A DNA stretch of 64,000 nucleotides from Eledone cirrhosa (Eukaryota): assembly GCA_964016885.1 (NCBI GenBank), contig OZ024752.1, positions 43,276,001-43,340,000 of the forward strand, written 5' to 3'. This document shows, piece after piece, positions 28,166 through 39,719 of the stretch (the stretch's first letter is position 1; each line of letters starts with the position of its first letter). The position numbers and the translations under genes were made by a program. The notes under the pieces are model-generated. The model searched no databases and had not been told where the DNA came from. It was given only the letters and a program-made list of their open reading frames with translations.

Positions 28166-28265
28166 ACTAGGTGAGTACCTGCTATATGGCGGCTACAACT
28201 TCGATTCAAACCCAATATATATATATACTAGCAGAATGGCCCGGCGTTGCTTGGTATTTGCTCTA
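28166..28265 (-). mobile_element. Two Helitron 3' ends just downstream of the TLR stop
   Basis: Reverse complements end ...GCAACGCCGGGCCATTCTGCTAG|T (28228) and ...GCAGGTACTCACCTAG|T (28166). Confidence 0.6.
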
Positions 28266-28817
28266 GGGTTCTTATATATTTATACTTATCAAGCTTCGTG
28301 AAATAAATACGTTTGTTCATATTTTGTTATTGTGTATGCAAAAATATCTGTACATGAATATATAATTATATATTTATATATATATATATATTAAAATAAC
28401 ATTAAAGTTTAACCAAAGAATCGCTGCTTTCACCCTTAACGGGATCTTCTGAAACTAAAAAAAAAATCAATCTGTGAACGCAGAAGTAAATATTTCGAAA
28501 AATGTTACACACTATATATATATATATATACTCACACAGCGTCATAATGTCGCAATGCAGACAGATATTATAAGGGCGCAACGTCATATCTATGTATCTA
28601 TCTAAAAAGAAAGACTAAGAATTATAGAGATAGATCGCCTAATGGTGTTGAAAATTTGAAATTTTCTCAAAGTATTACATGTGTCAAGTTTCAAAACAAT
28701 CAGTTGGGTGGTTCTCGAGTTTTAGATATATGTAAAAAGTAAACAGAAATAACAACACAATCGGTACAGTATATGGAAGGTATATATTAGGTTAACGCTT
28801 GATATAGCAGGAAGAGG

Positions 28818-28947
28818 GTTTTAACGTTTCAGACGCTAGTCCTTCATCAGAAGAAAGAATGAGGAGATAGATTGAGGGGATGGGCGGGTTGAGATTGGAA
28901 AAAATATATGTAGGTATGTGTTCCGGATGATCGTCCTTCATCAGAAC
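28818..28947 (-). ncRNA. Tandem pair of hammerhead-like motifs (28818-28855 near-intact; 28912-28947 degenerate)
   Basis: CUGAUGAAGGACUAGCGUCUGAAACGUUA and CUGAUGAAGGACGAUCAUCCGGAACACAUA. Confidence 0.55.
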
Positions 28948-29673
28948 AAAGAATGAGCGTGTGTGTCTGTATGTTTGTATCTATGCATTTCTATATCATC
29001 ATTTCATTTTACGTTTGCTTTTCCCTGCTTGCAAGGGTGGGACGGGAACTGATTCTGGCTTGATTTCTACAGCTGGATGCCCTTCCTAACACCAACCTCA
29101 TTTACAGTGAGTGCTGGGTGCTTTTTTGCCATGGCACCTCATAAATACCACAAGCTGTAACAATCCTGCTAATCCACAACCTACTTTCAAAAATAACACC
29201 AACAAACACAAGGGTAGATTATAGAATTTATTAAAGATCCAGCAGTTTAGAAATGGAAACTTTCATTGAAATCATTTCATGTTAAATATAAGTGAAATAA
29301 AACTGATATCTATGGAAATCAAGAGAAAATGTTTGTTTTTCTTAAAAGAAAGTGGAACAGGGAGGTGGAAGAAAAATATGATGGTGGTGATGGATGATAA
29401 AATATCTCACAGTAACTGCGATGGCTGCGAGTAATGACTGAATCTTGTGCCTTTCTTTTAGAGAGCATTACAACTGATTATATATATTGGGTCAAGTATG
29501 AAATTTTTTTTCAACAAATTTCCTACTTGACGACCCAATACATACATATATGATAAGCCACCTGTTTGTAGCTACACTAAATGATGGCAAAGTACAAAGA
29601 GTAGAGACACTGATAGTCAGGGTGTTAGGTTTCCTCAAACTACACATGTATGTATATTATAGGATATCTGAAA

Positions 29674-32600
29674 TTAATGAGGCCTTGGCCAGCGTGGGGG
29701 ACCACTTGGTCTCATACCACGTGGCGGCCCTCCCCTCCCTTCAAACCTTGGGGGGCGACGAGGGCCCATACCACGCATATTACCTTGATTCCAACCACCA
29801 GGACCGTTGAAGTCAGACCCATGATCGCGTGGCGCCATACCACGTGGACCCCCTCGACGTGGTCCTCCATCAAAGCGAGGCCGTGGTCCACCGGGACCAT
29901 CAAAATTCGGCCGTGGACCCCTCGACTGATTCATAGCACCTCTATGCCCCATAAACCGTCCTGGAGGGCCATGGTCCCTGTTCATATCACTAAGACCACC
30001 AAAGCCACCAAACTGTCCAGGGCCCACGTCCATACAGCGATCCCCTTCAGGAAAGAAATCAGGTCGCCCCATTCCGGAATGGTCCATTCGACCTCCTGGT
30101 CCATTAAAACGACCCATCTGATCCATGCGGTTATCACCAGAGTCTACATCCCTATCAGGGCGACCCCGATCAGAACGCCGACTATCTCTGTCAGGTTTAT
30201 CTCCACTACTTTTATCTTCATTTGAAGCTGTACGTTCAGTTTTTTCGGTTCTGTCGTTCTTGTCTGAAACATTGGTACGTTCCGTCTTGTCAGGAGTTGT
30301 TGACTTCTCTGTCTTCTCACTTGCTGCGGCCCTTTCACTCTTCTCTCCGCTGCCACGATCTGATTTGTTTCCACTTTTTTCAGATTTATCGGCACTCCCG
30401 CTACGCTCCCCTTTGTCTGCAGTGCTGCTGGTACTGCGGTCACTTTTGTCCGTACTACCACTACTACCACCACTACCACCACCACCACCACTACTACCAC
30501 CACCACCACCACCACCACCACCAGCACTACTACTACGTTCAGTTTTCTCATTGCTTCTATCAGATTTCTCACTGTTACCACCAGCACCACCACCGCTGCC
30601 GCTACGGTCAGGGCGATCTCCCCCACGGTCAGACCTGCTGCTATCTCGGTCTGACCGGTCACTGCGACTACCGTCTCTCTCAGACCTATCAGAACCACCA
30701 CGATCACCTCGACTACTTTCTCGATCCGATCGATTCTCTCTGTCCGAACGGTCACTGCTGCGATCGAGTCTGTCACCTCGGTCAGGTCTGTCTCCCCTCT
30801 CAGACCTGTCACCACGATCTGACCGATCCCGATCTGAACGCCCATCTCTGTCAGATCTGCTGTCTCTGTCGGAACGACCATCTCTGCTGCGGTCCGACCT
30901 TCCATAGTTGCCTCGATCTGACCTTCCATAGTTGCCACGATCTGACCTTCCGTAACCCCCACGGTCAGACCTACCATACCCTCCATGGTCACCCCTACCC
31001 CCCATGTGGTCGCCTCTACCCCCCATGTGGTCACCTCTACCCCCCATATGGTCAGGTCTGTTACTCATATGATCAGGACGCCCCCTCATCTGGTCGGATC
31101 TTCCCCCCATCTGGTCAGGTCGCCCACCCATATGGTCAGGGCGTCCACCTAGCTGATCTAGTTGTCCTCCCATGTGGTCAGGCCTTCTACTCATATGATC
31201 TGACCTTTGGTGACCTGTATTTGAACTGTTATCTCCATAGTTACCAGCTAAGCCCATCCCTTCTGGAATCGCAGTTGGAATAGTAGGGGAAGGATCAGCA
31301 TCACTCCAGCGAGTCCTCCGCTGGTTCTCTCCACGACCCCCAACTTTTTTAACCTCATCCTTTGGTTTCGACGATGAATAATCTGAATATACACCTCCAC
31401 CGCTCCCATAGTTACCCTGACTATCTGATTTATCACCACCCCACCTCTGCCTACCACCAGACTGCCACTGATTCTCATTGCCAGTACGTGCCTGGTTATA
31501 ACCAGAGCCTGGCAACATGGAGTTGTTACTCGACTGACCAACATCAGACCTGTAGCCATGCTGTTCAAGACGGTTACCACCATCCATACCGCGGTTCCCT
31601 GGTTGATCATAGTTTCCATACTGACCTTGTTGATATCCACCGTAACACTGCTGACCACCACTACCACCACCACCACCACCACCAACATTACCCCGCTGGT
31701 TAATACCACCACCACCACCACCACCACTACTACTACTGCCGTACTGATTACCTTGATTGTTGCCACCATAAGATCCTTGGTTGTCAGAATATCTACCACC
31801 ACTACCACCACCACCACCACCACCACTACCACCATAGAAGTTCTGGTTACCGCCAGTGAACTGATTATTAGCACCACCACCACTACCACTACTACCACCA
31901 CCACTGTTATTGCCAGAACTACCATATTGGTTTTGGTTTCTTCCATAATTAGTTGATTGGTTGCTGCTGCTGTACTGGCTCTGCTGCGACCCGCCATAGT
32001 AATTAGACTGATTAGCATACTGTTGGCTCGACTGGTTCGATGTGGGGCTCTCCGAATAGGACCGCTGTTGCTCCCCACCACTACCGTACATGCTCACCTG
32101 GCTATACTGACTGGGCTGGTTAGAACTGTACTGACTCTGGCTGCCAGCCGGCGGTGGCTGTTGGTAACCACTATACTGGCTAGTATTGGCACTGTAAGAA
32201 GTTGCCTGAGCAGACCCGGATCGTTCCGGCTGGCTGGAGCTGTAAGAACTTTGCTGTTCCGCCTGACCGTATGTGGAATCTGACGAACTGCTGTATTGCT
32301 GCTGCTGTTGCTGTTGTTGTTGCTGCTGCTGCTGCTGGCGCTGGTTGTAATCATAGGAATAGCTACTACTTTGATAGGCCGACTGCTGTTGCTGCTGCTG
32401 CTGCTGCTGCTGTTGTTGTTGTTGTTCATTGTAGGGCGGAGATGTGTACTGCGAGGTTTGGCCGCCATAACTGGACTGCACACCCCATGTCTTCGCGTCA
32501 GTTCCAGGGAACTGGGGGGGCAGATTCAGCTGAGATTGGCTGTAGGAAGAATACTGATCACTGTAACTACTAGGTTCTTGTTTCATGGGCGGTGGCGGCG

Positions 32601-33300
32601 GCGGTGGGGGAGGCGCAGAGGTGTTAGCGGGGTTAGCGGCACCATACCAGTTGCCAAGGTTACTACTGTTCACTGCGCCACCAACACCACTCCCTCCACT
32701 ACCACTGACACCTGCAGAGCCAGCCACCCCACCACTACGAGCAGCAGAATCTGCGTCTGTGCTCGAGTAGCTACCCTGGTAGGCTAGTGTTCCGTAGCTG
32801 GGGTTCTGAACATTGTAGGAAGCCGGGGTACCCTGATCTCGACTGCCTCCCCAACCAGTAGAACTAGTCTGGTACCCGCCATAACCCCCACTTACTGACT
32901 GAGAACCATAGCTGCCGGTAGCACTGTTTGAGGTGCTGCTTGTGTATTGGCCACCATAACTGTCATAAGCAGAACGAGACTCTGATTTAACATGGATGTC
33001 CTGCCACTGGGGTGAGTTCTCTTCACCTTCACCACCATATTCCTGCTTAATGAAATCAAGGGCACTGCTGGGGTCAGGCTTGATACGTTTCTCAGGAGGT
33101 TCTGTAACATCAGTGGCAGGGCCCCATCTAGACTGGCGACCTTCAAAACGATCTTTGTTGCCGGGGGGAGGAGGGGGTGGAAGCATTGGGGCCCTCTGGC
33201 CAGGAGCAAGATCCATTTGGGGTTTCTCCACCTTGATTATCTGGTGCGGTGGAGGTGGTGGACCTTGTGACATTCGTGGAGAAAAGGCTTTCTGAGGGTT
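29674..33300 (-). CDS. HNRNPUL1: hnRNP U/U-like terminal exon, 1208-aa low-complexity tail (Pro-rich, SYGQ/polyQ, G/N-rich, RGG, DHMGGRx repeats, RSDR mixed charge)
   Basis: Uninterrupted ORF; acceptor ttctaattgcag|AAC in phase 0; minus-strand AATAAA at 29227-29232. Confidence 0.88.
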   Translation of the reverse strand, partial: NPQKAFSPRMSQGPPPPPHQIIKVEKPQMDLAPGQRAPMLPPPPPPGNKDRFEGRQSRWGPATDVTEPPEKRIKPDPSSALDFIKQEYGGEGEENSPQWQDIHVKSESRSAYDSYGGQYTSSTSNSATGSYGSQSVSGGYGGYQTSSTGWGGSRDQGTPASYNVQNPSYGTLAYQGSYSSTDADSAARSGGVAGSAGVSGSGGSGVGGAVNSSNLGNWYGAANPANTSAPPPPPPPPPMKQEPSSYSDQYSSYSQSQLNLPPQFPGTDAKTWGVQSSYGGQTSQYTSPPYNEQQQQQQQQQQQQQQSAYQSSSYSYDYNQRQQQQQQQQQQQQQQYSSSSDSTYGQAEQQSSYSSSQPERSGSAQATSYSANTSQYSGYQQPPPAGSQSQYSSNQPSQYSQVSMYGSGGEQQRSYSESPTSNQSSQQYANQSNYYGGSQQSQYSSSNQSTNYGRNQNQYGSSGNNSGGGSSGSGGGANNQFTGGNQNFYGGSGGGGGGGSGGRYSDNQGSYGGNNQGNQYGSSSSGGGGGGGINQRGNVGGGGGGGSGGQQCYGGYQQGQYGNYDQPGNRGMDGGNRLEQHGYRSDVGQSSNNSMLPGSGYNQARTGNENQWQSGGRQRWGGDKSDSQGNYGSGGGVYSDYSSSKPKDEVKKVGGRGENQRRTRWSDADPSPTIPTAIPEGMGLAGNYGDNSSNTGHQRSDHMSRRPDHMGGQLDQLGGRPDHMGGRPDQMGGRSDQMRGRPDHMSNRPDHMGGRGDHMGGRGDHMGGRGDHGGYGRSDRGGYGRSDRGNYGRSDRGNYGRSDRSRDGRSDRDSRSDRDGRSDRDRSDRGDRSERGDRPDRGDRLDRSSDRSDRENRSDRESSRGDRGGSDRSERDGSRSDRSDRDSSRSDRGGDRPDRSGSGGGAGGNSEKSDRSNEKTERSSSAGGGGGGGGGSSGGGGGSGGSSGSTDKSDRSTSSTADKGERSGSADKSEKSGNKSDRGSGEKSERAAASEKTEKSTTPDKTERTNVSDKNDRTEKTERTASNEDKSSGDKPDRDSRRSDRGRPDRDVDSGDNRMDQMGRFNGPGGRMDHSGMGRPDFFPEGDRCMDVGPGQFGGFGGLSDMNRDHGPPGRFMGHRGAMNQSRGPRPNFDGPGGPRPRFDGGPRRGGPRGMAPRDHGSDFNGPGGWNQGNMRGMGPRRPPRFEGRGGPPRGMRPSGPPRWPRPH

Positions 33301-33819
33301 CTGCAATTAGAACAAAAATTACAAACATAACAACTTAGCCCAAACATTTAACAGTAGAAACAACAAATAAATCCAATAAATCCAGGATCAAAACAGATTA
33401 ACAATTGATTTCATTTTTAATGGATTTGCCAAATGGCAACAGCAGTGACCAACCAATGGGAGAGGGCTCAAGGTCACTGACTAAGCCTACTTCTACCTAC
33501 AGCAGCAGTGGCCGACCTTTCTGACCTCATGGACCACTAAGTTCATAATTATAAATCCCACCGACCACTAATATGAATTTTATTTAACAAGATAAATACA
33601 TTAAAATTTTTCTGCATATCACTGGCTGGTGACCGCTAACCTACAGGGTCTCTCTGATTAGTGGGAGGAGAGGCGGATAGCATTCAGCTGGGCCATTGAT
33701 GAAGACTACCACCCCACAGGATCTCATTCAACTGGGCTTCCCCATACTTCAGAGAGTTGTCACTTTTGGCAACAAAAAGTTGGTCACATGATAATTGTGT
33801 TTGAACTTTTTCTCCACCC

Positions 33820-34290
33820 ACTTAGAGGGTCTTGGTGGGGTCAGAGTCTTCAGACACGTCTTCCAGAGGATCCTATCAGAAGCAACCGTCAGCAATTGAT
33901 TCAACTAGATCAAGACCAATGAAGCTCATGGGTGTTATTCAACCATCTTGCTCGTTGTCTACTTCTGGGTCTACTGTCAGGTGGCTTTGCCTTTAAAATC
34001 TGTCCAACTTTTTCCTTCTACCCACATGTCCATAATATCAGAGAAGTAGCAGCTCTACCTAGAATGACTCCTTGATCTCTGAGCTATTCACCTTATCATG
34101 TAACGTTGCTTTAAAGACCCTTTGAAAGAACCCCATTTCAGTCACTTGTATTCACGATCGTGTTCTTTCTGTCATTACCCCAAGTTTCACGACCGTATGT
34201 AAGGGTAATCAGAAATACTGGACTGAAGATGGCATATTACTGCACCAGCTCCTGAAATTCTTACATTTAATTCACAGCTATTCTGTTAGA
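33820..34290 (-). mobile_element. Degenerate RTE (Expander-like) LINE 3' fragment
   Basis: Minus strand reads TYGRETW.MTERTR..IQ..EMGF...YYGHV with stops; same family as 55600-56215. Confidence 0.7.
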
Positions 34291-34621
34291 GAATGGGCCT
34301 GCAGACAACGATCCAACCGTGAAATATAATGGTTAGTTGCAATATATGTAGGCTACTGCAGTATAAATAAGTAAGCCCAGAGTAAACACAGGTAAGCTAC
34401 TTGTGGAGATGGAGCAATGGGTGAAACTGTTAGGGCACTAGAGAGGGCATCCAGCCGTAGAAACCGTGCCAGAATGGAATATATGAGAAAGATACAGTCA
34501 TCTGACCTATCTAGTCCCAGAATGAGACAATTTGTGTCTAACCCATGTAAGTACAGAAAATAGACAGTAAAAGGTGATACATACACAGAGAAAGATTCTG
34601 AGTATAATAAACCATACTAAC

Positions 34622-34697
34622 CTGCTCAGCTGGTCGGTTGTCGTGTTTAAATATTTTTTCTCTGGAAGGTCGTTTATTTTTGCCCTCAATATTGTAC
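34622..34697 (-). CDS. HNRNPUL1: hnRNP U/U-like exon (QYNIEGKNKRPSREK...AEQ)
   Basis: 76 nt with tttctag acceptor and gttagt donor; converts phase 2 to phase 0 as required to reach the last exon. Confidence 0.85.
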
Positions 34698-35372
34698 CTA
34701 GAAATATAGCAATACCAATTAGAAATCAATAAACACACCAGGTAACAATTCAGTTATAGAAGTTGATTTGCCTTTCATCCTTACGGGGTCGATTGCTGGC
34801 TTTGTGCCAAAAGTAGAAAAAATGATTTAGTGAAGGATTTAAAAGCAGTGCCCATGGCCCTATTCAGACCCTCCAAGACTGGTGGGACAAAAATGAAGTA
34901 CTCATGGCACGCTTTCAGGACCTTCGAGATTGATAGATGGGAAAGGTATGGAAGTCTGAATGCCTGCAACAAAGTGAACTCTGTTAAAGATACCCAAAGG
35001 CCACGTGGTCTTGCTGGTTTTGTTAAACTGGGTGACGGGTGAAGTCTACCACCCAAAGACCAGGTGGCAGTGAAGTCTACCATTCAAAGAGGATGAATCC
35101 TGCTGAGGTAAAGTTTGCTTGCTTTTCTTTTATGATTGATAATATAAAATAGCAGTATAGGGTCAGTGGAATTGTTAGAACATTTGGTAAGATCCCTTGT
35201 GATATTCATTCCTCCTCATTGTAACAATTCAGTCAATTCACTGTCTTGTTGATGGACAAAGCCATAAAAAGTTGAACACCAACTACTATAAAGTTTATCC
35301 ACGATAGTGATGATGATGATGAAGGTGGTAGTAATGGTAATGATGGAGATACAGAGAGAGAAGAAAACTTAC

Positions 35373-35505
35373 TGTTCAATTAGCTTAACAGACTTGTCCT
35401 TTGGTAGTTCAATATATTCAATGACATCAAAGAGAGCAGAATTGTCTTCGGGTAAGGAAAAGTTGGCTTTCATTTCTAGTACAGCTTCTTCAGGGATAAC
35501 TTTAC
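35373..35505 (-). CDS. HNRNPUL1: hnRNP U/U-like exon (GKVIPEEAVLEMKANFSLP)
   Basis: AVLEMKANF motif; ttccag acceptor, gtaagt donor; 133 nt. Confidence 0.93.
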
Positions 35506-35817
35506 CTGGAATAGGGAGAGAGATAAAGATAAGAACACTGTCAATGCTACTATCACTGTCGTTTGAGAACTCTGTCTGTAGTAGTGACACTTTCACTGCT
35601 ATCTGGTTTCCAACAGGTAAACTGTATCCCTGTTAAAGGGTGTCTTTACCCTTTTATACTTGTCTTCTATTACTATCTTGAAAGTAAATTATTTCACTAA
35701 ATTACTTACAAGTCTTAATTATTTTGATAATCAAATACAAAAGCAGTATATTCTTGTTAAAAATAAATTTTAGATTTTTTCCCAATGGAAGAAAAAAAAA
35801 AAAAAATTTTTTTTTAC

Positions 35818-35982
35818 CATCTTCTTTTGTTCGTTTGTTTGAGCGACGAGTTAATTCAGAATCTTCACAAACAAGAACAGCGGCTTTTCGATAAAATCCT
35901 TGAAAATTTCTCATTTTACGTTTCCGGGCGCTAGCATAAACATTGGTTTGATCAAGGACCAGATTCTTTCGTCTTCTGGAAG
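35818..35982 (-). CDS. HNRNPUL1: hnRNP U/U-like exon (RRRKNLVLDQTNVYASARKRKM)
   Basis: LDQTNV motif; canonical splice sites; 165 nt. Confidence 0.94.
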
Positions 35983-36402
35983 CTAAAGAACAAATAAAGA
36001 TCAGTAATATTATAAAATAGGGAATCACTTTGATAAAATTATTTATTTATTTTAAGTTGGCTAAATGTTTTTTGGAGGATATTGTTACAGTTGTTGCAAT
36101 CAACATAATTATGGGAATGTTATTTATTTAGGTGGTAGACTTAATCCATCACCCTGTTTAATATCACCACCTAGCCCTTCGATAGTAGACTTAACCCACC
36201 ACACTGTTTAATATCACCACCTGGCCCTTGTCCTTAGGTAACTTTAGCAGAGTTCAATCTGTTGTAAACATTCAGGCTAGGTCTGTTTTAAAGATACATT
36301 CTTCTCCCCTGCCCAATCTCTCAGTTTTGGAGGCCATGAGTAACACTTGCCCTTCCATCTACTCCATAGATACATACAATAGCTACAAAAACTAAAACTT
36401 AC

Positions 36403-36619
36403 CTATTTGAAACATTTTATTGAGACATCCAGTTGCTTTCTGAATAAGGACATCCCATCTTCCGTGGAAAAATCTTTTTCTCGGTAATCCCATTACTCTC
36501 ATTTTATCAATTAAGGAATCAGTGCCAATGACGTAATATTTCTTGTCTGGATGGTTTTTATACATATTCAAGGCCCATGAGGTCTTTCCAGAGCCAGGCA
36601 AACCAATCATCATTATCAT
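36403..36619 (-). CDS. HNRNPUL1: hnRNP U/U-like exon (P-loop/AAA_33 domain, Walker A GLPGSGKT)
   Basis: MMIGLPGSGKTSWA..HPDKKY..GT..IDKM; canonical splice sites; 217 nt. Confidence 0.95.
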
Positions 36620-36663
36620 CTACATAAAACAATAAAAAATGCTTTCAGCAAACAAATGCAAAA

Positions 36664-37076
36664 TCTTAGCTATAATAAAATAAGGAGTGCGGGACTGCAT
36701 CCAGAATATAATTTTTTATCCCCTTAGTAAAATAAGTTGGATTACTTTGAATAAATAATGAATGAATATTACATAATTTATTTGCTAAATTTCGTAGCTT
36801 TTGATTAAATATATTTATTGCTTATTTAAAGATTCACTTCTTTAAAATTTTCAAATGTCAACATTTCCGGTTAGCGATCGCTTAAATAAACATTCATATA
36901 TATCCGTTACTTATTTTCTCCTAATGCAGTTTATATATAATATCGTCTTCATTCAATTTCTGTGTATATTGTCAATTACGATTTTATTTGATGTATCATA
37001 TCTACTTGCGTATAATATCAATATGTACACTACACATGCTAGCAGAAAACGAGCCGGAGGGCGGTTTTTCTGCTAG
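36664..37076 (+). mobile_element. Non-autonomous Helitron, same family as 10141-10739
   Basis: A|TC start; CTAGCAGAAAA...TTTTCTGCTAG|T terminal hairpin. Confidence 0.8.
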
Positions 37077-37772
37077 TATTTCAAAGATTAAATAAATATT
37101 TAACAGCAATGTTTCAATATTCAGTTAGAATTTCACTTAACCCTTTAGCATTTGTTACTTTATATTTACTATTGTATTTTCACATAACGTCGAATTTACG
37201 AGATTTTGACATTATTTATTTTGAGAAAAATATCAAGTCCACCCTAAAGTGGTAATGCTGGCGCCACAATAAAAAAGTACTCAGCTCACCCTATAAGGTG
37301 GTAGTGCTTGAGCAACAATAAAATGCTCCCAATACACGCTGTAAAGTTGTTGGCATTAGGTTGGACATTCAACTGTAGACGCCAAGCCAAAAATGGAGCA
37401 TTTCAACAAAACATGGTGACCTGCTCAGGCTAGCCTCAGAACATGACATCTAACACATATATAACAAACACCTTAATGTTGTAATGAGATACTGCTGGGG
37501 CCACGATAAAGTCCATCATGTAAGGTTGTATGTAGTGCTGGTACCATCATAAAATACAACCATTACATTGTGTAAAGTGGTTGGCATCATGAAGAGCTTC
37601 CAACCATAGAAACCAAGTCTCTGACTGGTTTAACCTCAGAACATGATAACCTGCCATCCATGCAAGCACCCAGATGTTAATTATTGACGATGATGATGAT
37701 GATGTAAGATAGATGTCCAGTAAATGTAATTGGACTAAGGTAAACAAAAAGGGTAAAGATATAAATACTAAC

Positions 37773-37902
37773 CTCGCATTCAATCTTTGCGTTAGGACAT
37801 TTTGAACCTCGCACTCTCTCATTCAAATGAACATGATCAATGTAAGCAAAGCCGGGAGGAGGGGGGAACCAAGCAGCTGTTTGGCCAAAGTTGACTTTAA
37901 AC
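37773..37902 (-). CDS. HNRNPUL1: hnRNP U/U-like exon (FKVNFGQ...ECE)
   Basis: End of SPRY (NFGQ) and linker; ctag acceptor, gttagt donor; 130 nt. Confidence 0.92.
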
Positions 37903-37990
37903 CTAGAATAAAACAACAGAAGAAACTGTTAGGGAACATTTGAATTAAAGGAACAAGAGCTACAAGGAACAATTACATGACATTTAACTC

Positions 37991-38286
37991 TTAACCCTTT
38001 AGCATTTACATTACTCTATATATACTATTGTTTTTTTGTGGTAAAGGCTTTATCTCATATAATTATCTCAAATAATATCTCGCATAGCGTTTACATTACT
38101 CTATATAAACTTTTTTTTTGGTGGTAAAGGCTTTACCTCACATAATATCGAATCTATGAGATTTTGATATTTATTTTGAGAACAATACCGTAACATCAGT
38201 ATGAGCAGCCAGTTATAGCCAGTTTGAACAGAAGCAGGTGAGAGAATTTTGGCTGGATACGATTGGTTTAAATGCTAAAGGCTTAA
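37991..38286 (-). mobile_element. piggyBac-like MITE with internal duplication
   Basis: TTAACCCTTTAGCATTTA...TAAATGCTAAAGGCTTAA. Confidence 0.7.
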
Positions 38287-38585
38287 TATCCTAGAAAAAC
38301 TGGGCTTGTTAATTCAAATATTGGCAGTATCTTTACCAGTGGTCATATTTTTTTTTTTTTAAAGTAAAGTTATATATATTTCAATTAAGCTAATGGAAAA
38401 TGTGATACATCATTCCTTGGTTCAATTGGCCGCCAGAGCTGGCTTCAGCTCTTGGGCCATGTAAAGTTTTGCCACCTTGTGGACCTCACTAATGAAGGTT
38501 GCAAGGCAAACTCCTTAACCAGTCGCCCATGCTTGCACTTATACATACATTATAATAGTAATAAATAATTAAATTCAAACCTTAC

Positions 38586-38835
38586 TTGCAATTTTTCGAG
38601 AGAACATGTGGAAAGAGAGCCATGTTCTCTTTGCCAATGGGGTGTGAAGTGAGTGGACAAGCGACCCCGAGCCAACGCCCATTCTTAGAATAGGAAATGG
38701 TTGGTGGGCGTGATTCCAAGTCCAAAAGACACCCAATTACATCCCCAGCACCAAATGTTTCTCCATAATTGGAGAATTTACAATTGATTGAGAACTTTCC
38801 GGTACCACCATAACCATATGAATTGGCTTCCTCTC
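38586..38835 (-). CDS. HNRNPUL1: hnRNP U/U-like exon (SPRY: GEEANSYGYGGTGK...FPHVLSKNC)
   Basis: SYGYGGTGK, GDVIGCLLD and FPHVLSKN motifs; canonical splice sites; 250 nt. Confidence 0.95.
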
Positions 38836-38895
38836 CTGGAAAATATAACATTAAAGATTAACAAACTAACTTTGATACAAAATAGGTTCTTCTGT

Positions 38896-38938
<43 letters not shown>

Positions 38939-39036
38939 TATATAAGTCAGTACAATGTGGAAGAAATATAGATATTATTGAGGCAAAGGATGACAAATAA
39001 AACAAACTAAAATGTTTTTTTTAGCCAGTATATTTC

Positions 39037-39290
39037 CTATTTCAAGGTAAAACCCTTCTTTATGATGTGTGTGGATTGTGTATGTGTGGAGCAGTTGTAA
39101 AACCCACTCTGCTCCATTCTATTGTTCATTAGTAGTTTCTGTGTGTTTATAATTAATGCTTCCTTAATTCTTAAATTCCCCACATTTCTCTCTGTTGCCA
39201 CTATGGTGACCTCAATGTCTTGGTTGTGACATTTGTCAAGGTGTCTTTTGACAGAGGAAGCTCTCGTGGTCATGTGCTCCCTGATCCATA
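39037..39290 (-). mobile_element. Penelope/Poseidon-type GIY-YIG endonuclease C-terminal fragment
   Basis: IREH..SSVKRHL..C...L.IKEALII....LMN pattern. Confidence 0.7.
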
Positions 39291-39441
39291 TGTGGTTAGC
39301 GTTAGGAAGCTACATCCAGCCAAAATCGGTTCTGCATGAGCAAGACCTAGTCATCTGACCTCAACTTGTTTCAAATAGGACAACCCGTCTAACCCTTGCT
39401 AGCATGGAAAATGGACATTAAACAATATATATATATATAGT

Positions 39442-39719
39442 AAGAATATTTTCGAAACTATAAATATAAGCTATCACCGTATTTTGACTAAAGAAATTAA
39501 AGAAATTATTTAGCCTGATAGTGGGGTTAAGAACCCTCGGAGAAATGGGAAAAGATGAGTATTGACGTACATGTACGTCAATACTCATCTTTTCCCATTT
39601 CTCCGAGGGTTCTTAACTCCACTATCAGGCTAAATAATTTCTTTAATTTCTTTAGTCAAAATACCGCGATAGCTTATATTTATAGTTTCAAACTCGCTCG
39701 CTGTTTCGAAAATATTCTT
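39442..39719. repeat. ~280-bp palindrome, axis 39571/39572
   Basis: ATTGACGTACA|TGTACGTCAAT centre; arms differ by substitutions and an 18-bp insertion. Confidence 0.95.

Noticed and set aside
29550-33328. Many overlapping alternative-frame and antisense ORFs
   Set aside because: Shadows of the GC-rich, trinucleotide-repeat terminal exon of the hnRNP U-like gene.
34222-34262. CTGAAGA...GAAA (also CTGANGA at ~3570, ~14111, ~20968, ~21487, ~45372)
   Set aside because: No compatible stems I-III; chance matches or coding sequence.
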